NCBI GenBank assembly: GCA_963657885.1
Contig: CAVKNZ010000005.1
Coordinates: forward strand, 1-56,385
Length of the DNA stretch: 56,385 nt
Source: Bacteroidaceae bacterium
GTDB lineage: Bacteria; Bacillota_I; Bacilli_A; RFN20; CAG-826
Direction: 5' to 3'
This document shows, piece after piece, positions 29,922 to 38,372 of the stretch (the stretch's first letter is position 1; each line of letters begins with the position of its first letter). The notes under the pieces were generated by a model that saw only the letters and a program-made list of their open reading frames with translations, was not told the DNA's origin and made no database searches. The position numbers and the translations under genes are program-made.

Positions 29922-31160
29922 TTATTTTTCTCTTTCTAGCAACGCTTTTAATTGTATTTTATTTATAGATTGATGTTTGATTAAATAATCGCTTATTAGT
30001 TTTATTTCTCGTTTATGAGACTTAAGTTGACGCTTAACAAAGCGGAAATTTTTCTTGATAATTTTTGCTATTCTTTTATCTAAACTGTTACTTAAATATG
30101 GTGAAATAGCACTTCTATCATAGATGAGTTTACTCGAGACATAATAATCGATTTTATCAATATTGTTCTCTAGTAATCTCCACGCGGAACGGTGAGCGAT
30201 TTTTATATCGTCTTCACAGCCTAGTTTATGTCTCTTACATATAATCTCTTCCGCGGCAATGCCAGAAAGAGAAAAACGTAGAAGATTAAATAGACTATCT
30301 CTAGTTTCAACATCTAATAAATCTCTATAAACAGTTTTTCCTCCATTTTGACGGAAGTAACTATGTAAAAATTCTTGGCTTTTAGAAAAGAGATATAAAT
30401 ACATTACGTGTCCTGCTTCATGAATGGCGGTTTCCTTATTAACTTTAAAGTTTCTATTTTTGTAAAGAAGACCTGTTTCAAGAAAATCAACCGCGTTAAC
30501 AATATCGTTAACCACAAACTTGTCGCCATTTCTAAACGTAACAATTTCAATAGCCCTTTTAATCTCGCTTAAAGGATGATGAAGCAAATCATCACTTAGT
30601 TCATAGATGTCATCATCGTTTAGTTGAAGGCCATAAGAGGATAGAAATCCTTTAATAGCCTCTTCTAAATCAGCTCTATCGTTATTGGCTAATTTAAATT
30701 TATAATCAAAGACACCATCTTTTAAAAGTGCATCTGGCAAGTCGCTTAATTGATTAATAGTTGCAAGCGTTAAAACATTCTCATTAAAAATATCTTTAGA
30801 TAACCCTGAATAAATTTTTTGAGTCAATCTATCATCTTTCTTTAAAAGACGATCAATTTCATCGATAATGACAATTGCATTTCCACACTTCCTAGAAGAC
30901 TTATAAATATCAATCATTTCTTTAACAGGTTCTTTGCTGTCGGCCTCTAAAACAAAAATCTGATAATTAAATGATTTCGCGTATTCATTCATCAATAGAG
31001 TTTTCCCGTTTCCCGAGTCTCCGTAAAAGAGTATTCCTCGAGGAAGAAGTTTCTTTTTATCGCTATGTTGAGACAAATTAAGATATCGATTTCGAATTAA
31101 AAATAATTCTTTCTTTATGTTCGAATGCCCATAGACATTTTTTAAAAAATCACCATTCAT
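29922..31160 (-). CDS. Soluble FtsH-like protein: AAA+ ATPase fused to an M41-type HExxH peptidase, no TM segments
   Basis: Walker A GDSGNGKT, Walker B VIIDEID, sensor-1 region LATIN and zinc motif HEAGHVMY. The Arg-finger region is degenerate (PDALLKDGVFD versus canonical PALLRPGRFD). Confidence 0.75.
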   Translation of the reverse strand: MNGDFLKNVYGHSNIKKELFLIRNRYLNLSQHSDKKKLLPRGILFYGDSGNGKTLLMNEYAKSFNYQIFVLEADSKEPVKEMIDIYKSSRKCGNAIVIIDEIDRLLKKDDRLTQKIYSGLSKDIFNENVLTLATINQLSDLPDALLKDGVFDYKFKLANNDRADLEEAIKGFLSSYGLQLNDDDIYELSDDLLHHPLSEIKRAIEIVTFRNGDKFVVNDIVNAVDFLETGLLYKNRNFKVNKETAIHEAGHVMYLYLFSKSQEFLHSYFRQNGGKTVYRDLLDVETRDSLFNLLRFSLSGIAAEEIICKRHKLGCEDDIKIAHRSAWRLLENNIDKIDYYVSSKLIYDRSAISPYLSNSLDKRIAKIIKKNFRFVKRQLKSHKREIKLISDYLIKHQSINKIQLKALLEREK

Positions 31161-31198
31161 TTCAGCCCTCCTTCTATAGGTATATTTTAGTGAAAAGA

Positions 31199-31218
31199 CT
31201 GTCCTAAATTCGGGACAG
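31199..31218. promoter_or_regulatory. Inverted repeat CTGTCC-N8-GGACAG (shared motif with 33615-33634); on the minus strand also a weak terminator-like hairpin followed by CUUUU
   Basis: In reverse orientation it reads ctgtccCGAATTTAggacag, compared with atgtccCGTTTTTAggacat at 33615. Confidence 0.5.
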
Positions 31219-31237
31219 CCGAGCCAAATAATGATGA

Positions 31238-32584
31238 CTATTTAAGCAAAGCCGCTTTTAAAGCTTCTTCGAGTTTTTCTTTCAAGCAAACAGCGAAAAC
31301 GTCGATGCCTAAATTAGCTACTTCATCATACGTCCAAGAATATTCAGCAACTATTTCAGGAACTACAAGGACGGGGTTTATCTTATTTGTTAATTGAGTT
31401 TTCACTTTCTCATAATTTTCTTCACAGATGAGTCCATCACTAAGCATCTTTTTATAAAGTAAAATAGCTTCATTCGGCTGATAAGTTTTAATTAAATCGA
31501 TATGCTTTTTCCAGTAATGAATGTATTCAGTCAAAGAAAGTGGGCAATTGATGTAAGATGCTCCGATATTTCTTCCCCGTTTATAAAGAAGATGAAATGA
31601 CTGATGAAGACTCCTAAGATGATCGGCGTTTAAACGAATATCATCAATCGTTTCTAACATCTTTTTGCCAGAGAATTGGGTGGGTCCAAAAGCGAGAGAA
31701 ATTTTAATTTCATCTCTATCAAATATAAGGTTAAATTCCCTTAAATAAGCATAAGGTAAGTAACACCTAACCACATTCCAACTTCGATTATCAATTTCAC
31801 CATGATAGACTTTGGATAATAAATCTTTTCCAAAGGGAATAATTAAACGTTGCCTAATTTCAATATAAGATGAGCAAGCTAAGACAAAATCATTGACATT
31901 CAAATAGCCTAAAATTGTTAAATATTCAATGAATTGATCAGTGTTATATTCGCCAATTCCTTTAAAAGTATCCGCGATTTGAGAATACTTTTTATATAAA
32001 ACTTCAGGTTTATTATTTAATAGAAGAAGACTTTTCTCAATGTGATTATTTATTTGATTAGGGTCGAGTTTATATAATTTGTTTTCTAAGGCGATAATGT
32101 ATGCAGGCTTATCGTTATCGTAAATCAATATCCAAGCATCAGGTATAGAATCACCTCTTTCGCCTTCTAAATATTCTTTTACCGCTTTTTCGACTTCATT
32201 TTCCAGAATGTCTTTATTAGAAATGGTAATTGATAATTCTTTTTTAATTGCATCATATAATGCTTTCTCATTCTTGGTGTCAAGACCATTAAATCCATAG
32301 CATTCACCACAGGGAGAGAAAGCAAACATAAATCTTCTATTTTTATCAAATGATTCAACTTTTTCTTTATTAGGCTTTCTTTGCAAGAAATATTCAAATG
32401 TAAGCGAATTAGAATTTAATTCAATAGAAAAGATTTGTTTAAAAACTATTATCTTCTTTGCAAGAGGCAAACTATCAATAGAGTTGATAAAAGCTTTTGT
32501 AATATTGTTTTCTAAATATGGCTTGCCATCATATTGCCAATATAAATTAAGATGTGGATCTTTTAATCCTTTATAATCGAGCAT
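31238..32584 (-). CDS. Hypothetical protein with possible PD-(D/E)xK nuclease core
   Basis: SIPDAWILIY…IIALENKLY fits D…ExK spacing. It is tightly coupled (2-nt gap) to the upstream WYL regulator. Confidence 0.35.
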   Translation of the reverse strand: MLDYKGLKDPHLNLYWQYDGKPYLENNITKAFINSIDSLPLAKKIIVFKQIFSIELNSNSLTFEYFLQRKPNKEKVESFDKNRRFMFAFSPCGECYGFNGLDTKNEKALYDAIKKELSITISNKDILENEVEKAVKEYLEGERGDSIPDAWILIYDNDKPAYIIALENKLYKLDPNQINNHIEKSLLLLNNKPEVLYKKYSQIADTFKGIGEYNTDQFIEYLTILGYLNVNDFVLACSSYIEIRQRLIIPFGKDLLSKVYHGEIDNRSWNVVRCYLPYAYLREFNLIFDRDEIKISLAFGPTQFSGKKMLETIDDIRLNADHLRSLHQSFHLLYKRGRNIGASYINCPLSLTEYIHYWKKHIDLIKTYQPNEAILLYKKMLSDGLICEENYEKVKTQLTNKINPVLVVPEIVAEYSWTYDEVANLGIDVFAVCLKEKLEEALKAALLK

Positions 32585-32585
32585 T

Positions 32586-33581
32586 TTAATACCTTTCTAG
32601 AGCCCTCTGAAGCCCATTTTTAATTTTCAAGACAAAGTTATCTGGAGACAATACTGTCACCGAATCGGAATATTGCATCACCCAGTAATACAGCGCATTT
32701 TCATTGCAGCGAATAGAGGCACATAAGTTATCATCTTTTGCATAAATCTTCGCAGATTCTCCAAAGAAGTCTTTGATGAATTGAATTGATTGTTCGTTAT
32801 CAAGCTTTAAGGTCACATCGATAACGTTTCCATCTAACATATAAAGTTGATCATTTAAATACTTAGAGATAGAGAAATTCTTAGGCCCTTCTTTTAAATC
32901 TTCAAGTCGCTTCATATTCCAATCGTGTTTGATTGTAATGTTCTTCATATAGTCAACACGAAATATTTGAAGCGGTCGATATTTCTCTCGATAATTGCAA
33001 AGCAAATAATATCGGCCAAAGTTATTGATGAGGTAATATGGCGAGACGATATATTGATAGCCTCCATTTCTAGCAATTTCATTCCCCTCTTTATCATATG
33101 TCATATATTGAAAACCCACGCGCTTATTTAGCTTCATTGCCTCATGAATAACGCTGATGTTAAAAAGCACTTCTTTATTTGATGTGCGGTTTATTTCCGA
33201 TGATTTATAGATGTAGGAATAATCTTTCCTTTGATATATAGATAAACAACTAGAGATAGAATCCGCGATTCTTTTCGCGTGCCTTCCATCGATACTTCGA
33301 CTAGAAAAAATCGCATCAATTAAAAAAGCGACTTCGCTGCTATCAAAAGTTCTAGACAATAGGGCAAAACCACCTTTAGGACCTTTGGCGATATCATAAT
33401 CGAGCCCTTCTAAAAGCTGCAAAGATGAGCCAATTGATTTTCTTTCTAATTCAATATCGTAAAGTTGATGAATCTTCTCAGCGATTTCTAGCTGCGTTAA
33501 ATAGTGATTATCATCGCTATATTCCTCTAAGACTTTTAAAACTAATAGAATCGAACTCTTTTTATTTGGAATCATGACCAT
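32586..33581 (-). CDS. wHTH + WYL-domain transcriptional regulator (BrxR/CapW-like class)
   Basis: N-terminal HTH (ILLVLKVLEEYSDDNHYLTQLEIAEKI). WYL core YIVSPYYLINNFGRYYLLCNYREKYRPLQIFRVDYM. Confidence 0.8.
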   Translation of the reverse strand: MVMIPNKKSSILLVLKVLEEYSDDNHYLTQLEIAEKIHQLYDIELERKSIGSSLQLLEGLDYDIAKGPKGGFALLSRTFDSSEVAFLIDAIFSSRSIDGRHAKRIADSISSCLSIYQRKDYSYIYKSSEINRTSNKEVLFNISVIHEAMKLNKRVGFQYMTYDKEGNEIARNGGYQYIVSPYYLINNFGRYYLLCNYREKYRPLQIFRVDYMKNITIKHDWNMKRLEDLKEGPKNFSISKYLNDQLYMLDGNVIDVTLKLDNEQSIQFIKDFFGESAKIYAKDDNLCASIRCNENALYYWVMQYSDSVTVLSPDNFVLKIKNGLQRALERY

Positions 33582-33614
33582 TTTCCTTTTTGCAAGTTAA
33601 TTCTATTATATTAG

Positions 33615-33634
33615 ATGTCCCGTTTTTAGGACAT
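33615..33634. promoter_or_regulatory. Inverted repeat ATGTCC-N8-GGACAT overlapping a promoter-like element upstream of the WYL gene: candidate autoregulatory operator
   Basis: The minus strand reads TTGAAT-gtcctaaaaacgggacatc-TAATAT. The palindrome fills the -35/-10 spacer. Confidence 0.5.
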
Positions 33635-33690
33635 TCAATAATCTTAAAACAATCGATAAATCAAGGTTCCATTATTAAAAGGAGAAATTT

Positions 33691-34326
33691 CTAGACATTG
33701 TCCTCAATAAAATCAATATCAAAAGGAATTTGATAAATGTATCTTTTTAAAGAATATCTATAATCGATATTGTCATTTGTATCAACTCCCCCAAAAGCAA
33801 ATTTAGGCGCGTTATCAAAAGTTTTTAGGAATTCATTTTTCAATAATTTAACGTCATAAATCTTATATAAAGAAATGCCAGAAAAATTAATTACATAATT
33901 TATAAGATCTTTTAGCATGTCTAAATAACCACGCTCTGCCTCGTTTTGAATCTTTTCATAGCTTTCTTTAATTAATTGAATTGAGGAATCTCTTGAAATT
34001 GCCTCATCAATATTGAACTCATTAGATGCATCATTAAATTTAGAATATTCTTTGATAGAATCATTTACTTTAACGGCGTAGTTAAATGATGCTTTTAAAA
34101 GCCTTTTGTATTCTTCTTTTATCAACTCATCATCTTTAGATTTAAGTAATTTTGTAGCCTTTGAAATGTATTTAGAGTAAAGGTTACTTCTAAACATGTT
34201 GTAATCGAACTTGATGCGGTTGACTAAATTAGAAATATTTATTCTTTCTAAATCAACTTCCTCATCAGATAAAGCGTTAACAGCTTCTAAATAAGATTTT
34301 TCATCAATAAAATTTAAACAATTCAA
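33691..34326 (-). CDS. Hypothetical protein (probably helical)
   Basis: 211-aa ORF downstream of the PolC-like gene. No motif recognised. Confidence 0.55.
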   Translation of the reverse strand: MNCLNFIDEKSYLEAVNALSDEEVDLERINISNLVNRIKFDYNMFRSNLYSKYISKATKLLKSKDDELIKEEYKRLLKASFNYAVKVNDSIKEYSKFNDASNEFNIDEAISRDSSIQLIKESYEKIQNEAERGYLDMLKDLINYVINFSGISLYKIYDVKLLKNEFLKTFDNAPKFAFGGVDTNDNIDYRYSLKRYIYQIPFDIDFIEDNV

Positions 34327-34414
34327 AATAAAATCCTCACTTTCACTAATATTATTTCAAGGTTAAATAAAATATTTCTAAATATCGAAAAAGTGTACGT
34401 GTAAGAGGACTAAG

Positions 34415-36352
34415 TTATACGTCAATATTTGTTTTCTTACCGCTGTTTTCTTTTATTTCTTCTATTAGCTTTTTAGCGTCGTAGCCTCTTTCTTCTAAAT
34501 CTATCGCTCCTAAATAAATATCTTCATAGGTTTTGTATTTTGCATTAGCTAATCCTTTAATGAAATCATAGTCATTAATTTGCTTAACCCATTTTTCATT
34601 AACATCAAAGAAGGCTCGATAATAGCGCATAGGATCATCGAGATATATCTTAGCTAAAAGCAACGCCAATCTTGCTCTAGCAACAGTTTGTCCTTTATAA
34701 AACAATTTTTGAACACCTTCTAAAAACGATATGAATTTCTCGCCCTCCCCCGCATCTTTTAATTTTGAAACAATAAGAGGCGATAGATAGTCTTTTCCAC
34801 TTAGCCTAGTTTCACGACAAACTAATAATGCGTCGTCTTCACTTAACTGGGCTTTGATTAAATACTGATATAATTCATCAATTGATGTGATTGCTTTATC
34901 AATATAGCGGCCATTAAGACAGTTCAAATTAGCTTCAATAACGCCTGTGCCGTGAAGTGATGATAAAACTTTTACTAAACCATCAAATGATTTAACATCT
35001 TTGAAACAATTATTCATTGCTTCAAATAATAGTTCACATCCTAAATCTTGTATTCCTATAAAAGGACGATGTTCATATGTCGAATATTTTTTATAGTGCA
35101 TTGAATAGTAGCTTTCTTCCTTTTTGTCTTTAGGAAAGACGAGACATCTAATTACATGACACACAGTTCTAATATCAATATCGTTACTATTTATTTCTTC
35201 TTGGGTTAGACCTAATATGGACGCGAGTTCCATATCAGATGATCTAACATAATGGAGTGACGGATAAATCGGAAACCGCACATTCTCATCAGTTAAATAG
35301 GAAAACTCAACTCCGTTTCTTTTAAAGTCATCTAATAGCAACTCAAAAGGTAAATCGTAACCATCTTCTTTAAGTGAGGCGCCGCAGCAATCGCATTTCT
35401 CAGCAAGCTTCTTTTCACCCCAATGAAAACTGTGACAATTTGGACAATAATGATGCCTTGGCATCGGGTTAGTGCTTCCAATACCAAGTAAATAAAATAG
35501 AAGTGAATTATTTAAAAAGGCTCTCGAGATAAATATCTGCCCTTGGCTCAGTTTAAATGATTGAATATCAAATACTTGTAAAATAACTTTTAGGCCAAAA
35601 TTTTTAGATAGCTCATCCAATTCATAATCAAGTCTTTTTAAGATATAAGGATTAACAATATCGCCATATATTTCTTTTGCCTTTTTTAAAGTAATATCAT
35701 ATAGCGTTCTTCTTCTTTTGGCTTCTGGGTTTATCTTAATAAGTTCCACGTCTTTGTAATGCTTTTCTACAACCGTATTGATCTTTTTAAGAAAAACTTC
35801 CATATCAATAGGATAAAAATTGTGTATCTCATCTCCTATTAAAAGCACAATAATTATAATCTTGCCGTTATAGTTTTTAGTTGTTTTGTTGTCACAGGAA
35901 TTAAGCAATAAAGTCAATTCTTTTCCTTTATAAGAAAAACCGCATTGAGGAGCAATCTTTAAAAATTCATCCTCTTCAAAAAATCTTCTAAAAGCGGAAA
36001 TGACTTTATCTTTATCACCAAGTGAATCTAAAAGGAGTGTTCCAAATTCCTTAGCTTCAATGGCATAAACTTCTGCATTATTTTTAAATATCTCGGCTTT
36101 ATCAAAATCATAATAGATGTTGCTTTCTTTTGATGACTTTAGCTCGCCGGCTAAACAGTGCTTATTAAATTGATAATCTATTGCTTTTTTTATTTTGAAG
36201 CTATCATCGATGTTGTCTTTATCTAGAAAGCTATCGATCACATCAAAGATGTCTTTTGCGAAATCGTTGTCAAAGTGCGAAACATCATCACAATCGATAT
36301 TTATATCTTTGTCGCATTCATTAGTATTCTTGTTCATTTTCTCTACCTCCAA
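34415..36352 (-). CDS. PolC-derived protein: PHP-Zn-finger / palm / fingers-like core with catalytic residues replaced
   Basis: Collinear blocks match PolC as recalled from memory: AKEIYGD; HHYCPNCHSFHW…CDCCGASLKEDGYDLPFELLL (PolC Zn-finger PHYVCPNC…KDGHDIPFETFLG); FIGIQDLGCELLFEAM…LSSLHGTGV (GIPEFGTRFVRQML…LSHGTDV); LFYKGQTVARARLALLLAKIY…YYRAFF (MFPKAHAAAYVLMA…YYASYF). The palm PDIDLNF position reads NGVEFSY. Confidence 0.7.
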   Translation of the reverse strand: MEVEKMNKNTNECDKDINIDCDDVSHFDNDFAKDIFDVIDSFLDKDNIDDSFKIKKAIDYQFNKHCLAGELKSSKESNIYYDFDKAEIFKNNAEVYAIEAKEFGTLLLDSLGDKDKVISAFRRFFEEDEFLKIAPQCGFSYKGKELTLLLNSCDNKTTKNYNGKIIIIVLLIGDEIHNFYPIDMEVFLKKINTVVEKHYKDVELIKINPEAKRRRTLYDITLKKAKEIYGDIVNPYILKRLDYELDELSKNFGLKVILQVFDIQSFKLSQGQIFISRAFLNNSLLFYLLGIGSTNPMPRHHYCPNCHSFHWGEKKLAEKCDCCGASLKEDGYDLPFELLLDDFKRNGVEFSYLTDENVRFPIYPSLHYVRSSDMELASILGLTQEEINSNDIDIRTVCHVIRCLVFPKDKKEESYYSMHYKKYSTYEHRPFIGIQDLGCELLFEAMNNCFKDVKSFDGLVKVLSSLHGTGVIEANLNCLNGRYIDKAITSIDELYQYLIKAQLSEDDALLVCRETRLSGKDYLSPLIVSKLKDAGEGEKFISFLEGVQKLFYKGQTVARARLALLLAKIYLDDPMRYYRAFFDVNEKWVKQINDYDFIKGLANAKYKTYEDIYLGAIDLEERGYDAKKLIEEIKENSGKKTNIDV

Positions 36353-36370
36353 GATGAGTTTAAAGCAAAC

Positions 36371-36401
36371 AAAAAGCGACTATTTAAACCAGTCGCTTTT
36401 T
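36371..36401. terminator. Strong bidirectional intrinsic terminator (11-bp perfect stem AAAAAGCGACT/AGTCGCTTTTT)
   Basis: The loop is atttaaacc. The stem arms carry A- and T-runs, giving a U-tract on either strand. It separates gene 36426-37778 from the PolC-like gene. Confidence 0.75.
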
Positions 36402-36425
36402 GTGTTTGTATGAGTACAAATTAAA

Positions 36426-37778
36426 TTAATGCCTTCTACGATGACTAAAAAATCCGTGTTTCAAAGCTCTTTGGATTTTTTCATCTCCTACATCGCATTG
36501 ATATTTAGTTAACCAAGCAAGAACGCATTGACTAAGTTCTTCATTTACAGATTTTGGTGAAACAACATTTACTATTTCAGCAACATCGGGATTATTCCAT
36601 AGCCATGAGATAAGCGCGTTCTTATTGACTTCGATATTGACGACGCCAAATCTAGGATAAACATTTTTGGGCAACTCTTCGCACTCAATCGCGTATTTAT
36701 CAATTTTGTATGGTCGATCAAGCGCATTTCCACGTTTAACGTTTTCTCTTTCGATTTTAAAATTGTTGCATTTTATAATCGGCATGTTTCTAGAAAAGCA
36801 TTCTTCAAATGATCTTTTGACTCTATCAACATATCGATAGTCGAAAAAGAAAGACGTTTTATACGCAAAGCCTTTTTCAGGCATGATAGATTTTTCAACA
36901 TATTCTTCTAAGGATTTGTATCTACTTGCTAAATGCTTGTTATTCGATTTAAAAAGATTATCCAAATCTCTTTTGACATCGAAATCGGTTATCACAAGAT
37001 CGCTATCAGGCAATTCAGTTGGAATAGAAAGATTTTCAATTGCATCAAAGATGATGCCACTTTTATTTAAAGGTACAAGAATGGCATATGGTTTATTATT
37101 GTGCTCTTCGATTTTATAAACTCGACAATAAACATTTTCATCAATATTGCCAAAATAGACTTTGCTATAATCGACTTTTTCGTTAACTTTTTGAGCCATG
37201 ACTTCAGGGCTTAATTTTCCGAAATGAGTTTGAACAATTAAGACGCATTTTCCTTCTTTATAGGCTTTATTGACCACTCGCATCTTTTTATTGATCGAGG
37301 TTTTATATTTTTTAACGCGTTTATTTTCTTTTTCTAATTCATTTTTATAAAAATCACGATTATGTTTATTGCATAAAGAATCTAATAACTTATTGATAAG
37401 AAATTCGCTATCTTCATCTTTAGTGTATTTATCATTTTTAACCGCGGCTAAAATTTTAATGATTTGCTCTTCATTAAGATGGTTCTTTTCCTCGATATAA
37501 AACTTGCCAGAATCGGTTTGTTTGATAACGAAAGGAATCTTATCAGTGTTTTCAAACTTATAACAAATACTTTGAAGGAATTGCAAACATTCGCCGATTC
37601 TTTGCCTTCTAACATCGTTTCCAGAAGTGGCTTTCGGATCATATTTAAGCCCAAAATTTGTCGCGTGTCGGCAAATATCTTGTTGAGTCGCCGGGTGATC
37701 GATGTCAGTATAATTTAGCAAATAATCTAATGTTAAAAGCAATTCGATTTGATGGATTGTAGTATCGCTTCTTTTCAT
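36426..37778 (-). CDS. wHTH-domain protein, paralog B (of 38373-39701)
   Basis: N-termini align: RSDTTIHQIELLLTLDYLLNYTDIDHPATQQDICRH…RRQRIGECLQFLQ versus RSEAQIHSTELLLTLDCLLHESDEDNPIKAVDICRY…KRQRISACLRFLD. Both share AAVKNDKYTKDED / AAIKNDRYTKDED. Confidence 0.6.
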   Translation of the reverse strand: MKRSDTTIHQIELLLTLDYLLNYTDIDHPATQQDICRHATNFGLKYDPKATSGNDVRRQRIGECLQFLQSICYKFENTDKIPFVIKQTDSGKFYIEEKNHLNEEQIIKILAAVKNDKYTKDEDSEFLINKLLDSLCNKHNRDFYKNELEKENKRVKKYKTSINKKMRVVNKAYKEGKCVLIVQTHFGKLSPEVMAQKVNEKVDYSKVYFGNIDENVYCRVYKIEEHNNKPYAILVPLNKSGIIFDAIENLSIPTELPDSDLVITDFDVKRDLDNLFKSNNKHLASRYKSLEEYVEKSIMPEKGFAYKTSFFFDYRYVDRVKRSFEECFSRNMPIIKCNNFKIERENVKRGNALDRPYKIDKYAIECEELPKNVYPRFGVVNIEVNKNALISWLWNNPDVAEIVNVVSPKSVNEELSQCVLAWLTKYQCDVGDEKIQRALKHGFFSHRRRH

Positions 37779-37871
37779 ATTTCACTCCTTTAAGAGTCAT
37801 TATAACTAGTTAAACAATTATAACATTGAAAAGAATGTAAGTGGACATATATAAGTACAACGTTTTTTTTA

Positions 37872-38309
37872 TCAGTCTGTTGTTTTGATCATGCAAACAA
37901 ATTCAAGATTATCTAATTTTTTAAATCCTAATTGACATCTAGAATCAACAACATATCTATCGCATAGTAACAATATATGCGATCTCATATTATCGTTAAG
38001 AAGATGATAATTATCGGCGACGATAACTAAATTTGGTTTTGAAGCCATCGCATCAATTGTTTCTTTGTCAAAAAGTTGACCTTCTAAAGTAAGATCTTTA
38101 AATTGAAGCTTCCTACCTTTGCAATCATTAAGAAGTGCGCAGTCAATGTAAAAGCTATTAATCTTATCTTCGTTATGTCTTAGCCAAGAATTAACAATCG
38201 CTGTTTTTCCAACTCCTGTTGCGCCGTAAAAGGTTACATTAGATTTATTCTTTAAAGAATAATCGAGTTCTCTAGTAATTTTGCTTTCCGAGTAAAAGTA
38301 ATCATCCAT
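37872..38309 (-). CDS. Small P-loop NTPase (145 aa)
   Basis: Walker A FYGATGVGKTAIV. A hydrophobic strand plus acidic residue LVIVADNYH is a degenerate Walker B. Confidence 0.55.
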   Translation of the reverse strand: MDDYFYSESKITRELDYSLKNKSNVTFYGATGVGKTAIVNSWLRHNEDKINSFYIDCALLNDCKGRKLQFKDLTLEGQLFDKETIDAMASKPNLVIVADNYHLLNDNMRSHILLLCDRYVVDSRCQLGFKKLDNLEFVCMIKTTD

Positions 38310-38372
38310 AATTTTAATTCCAGTACATTACAAATAGCCCTTTATAAGTACTCTTTCCTTTCTATTGTTTAT

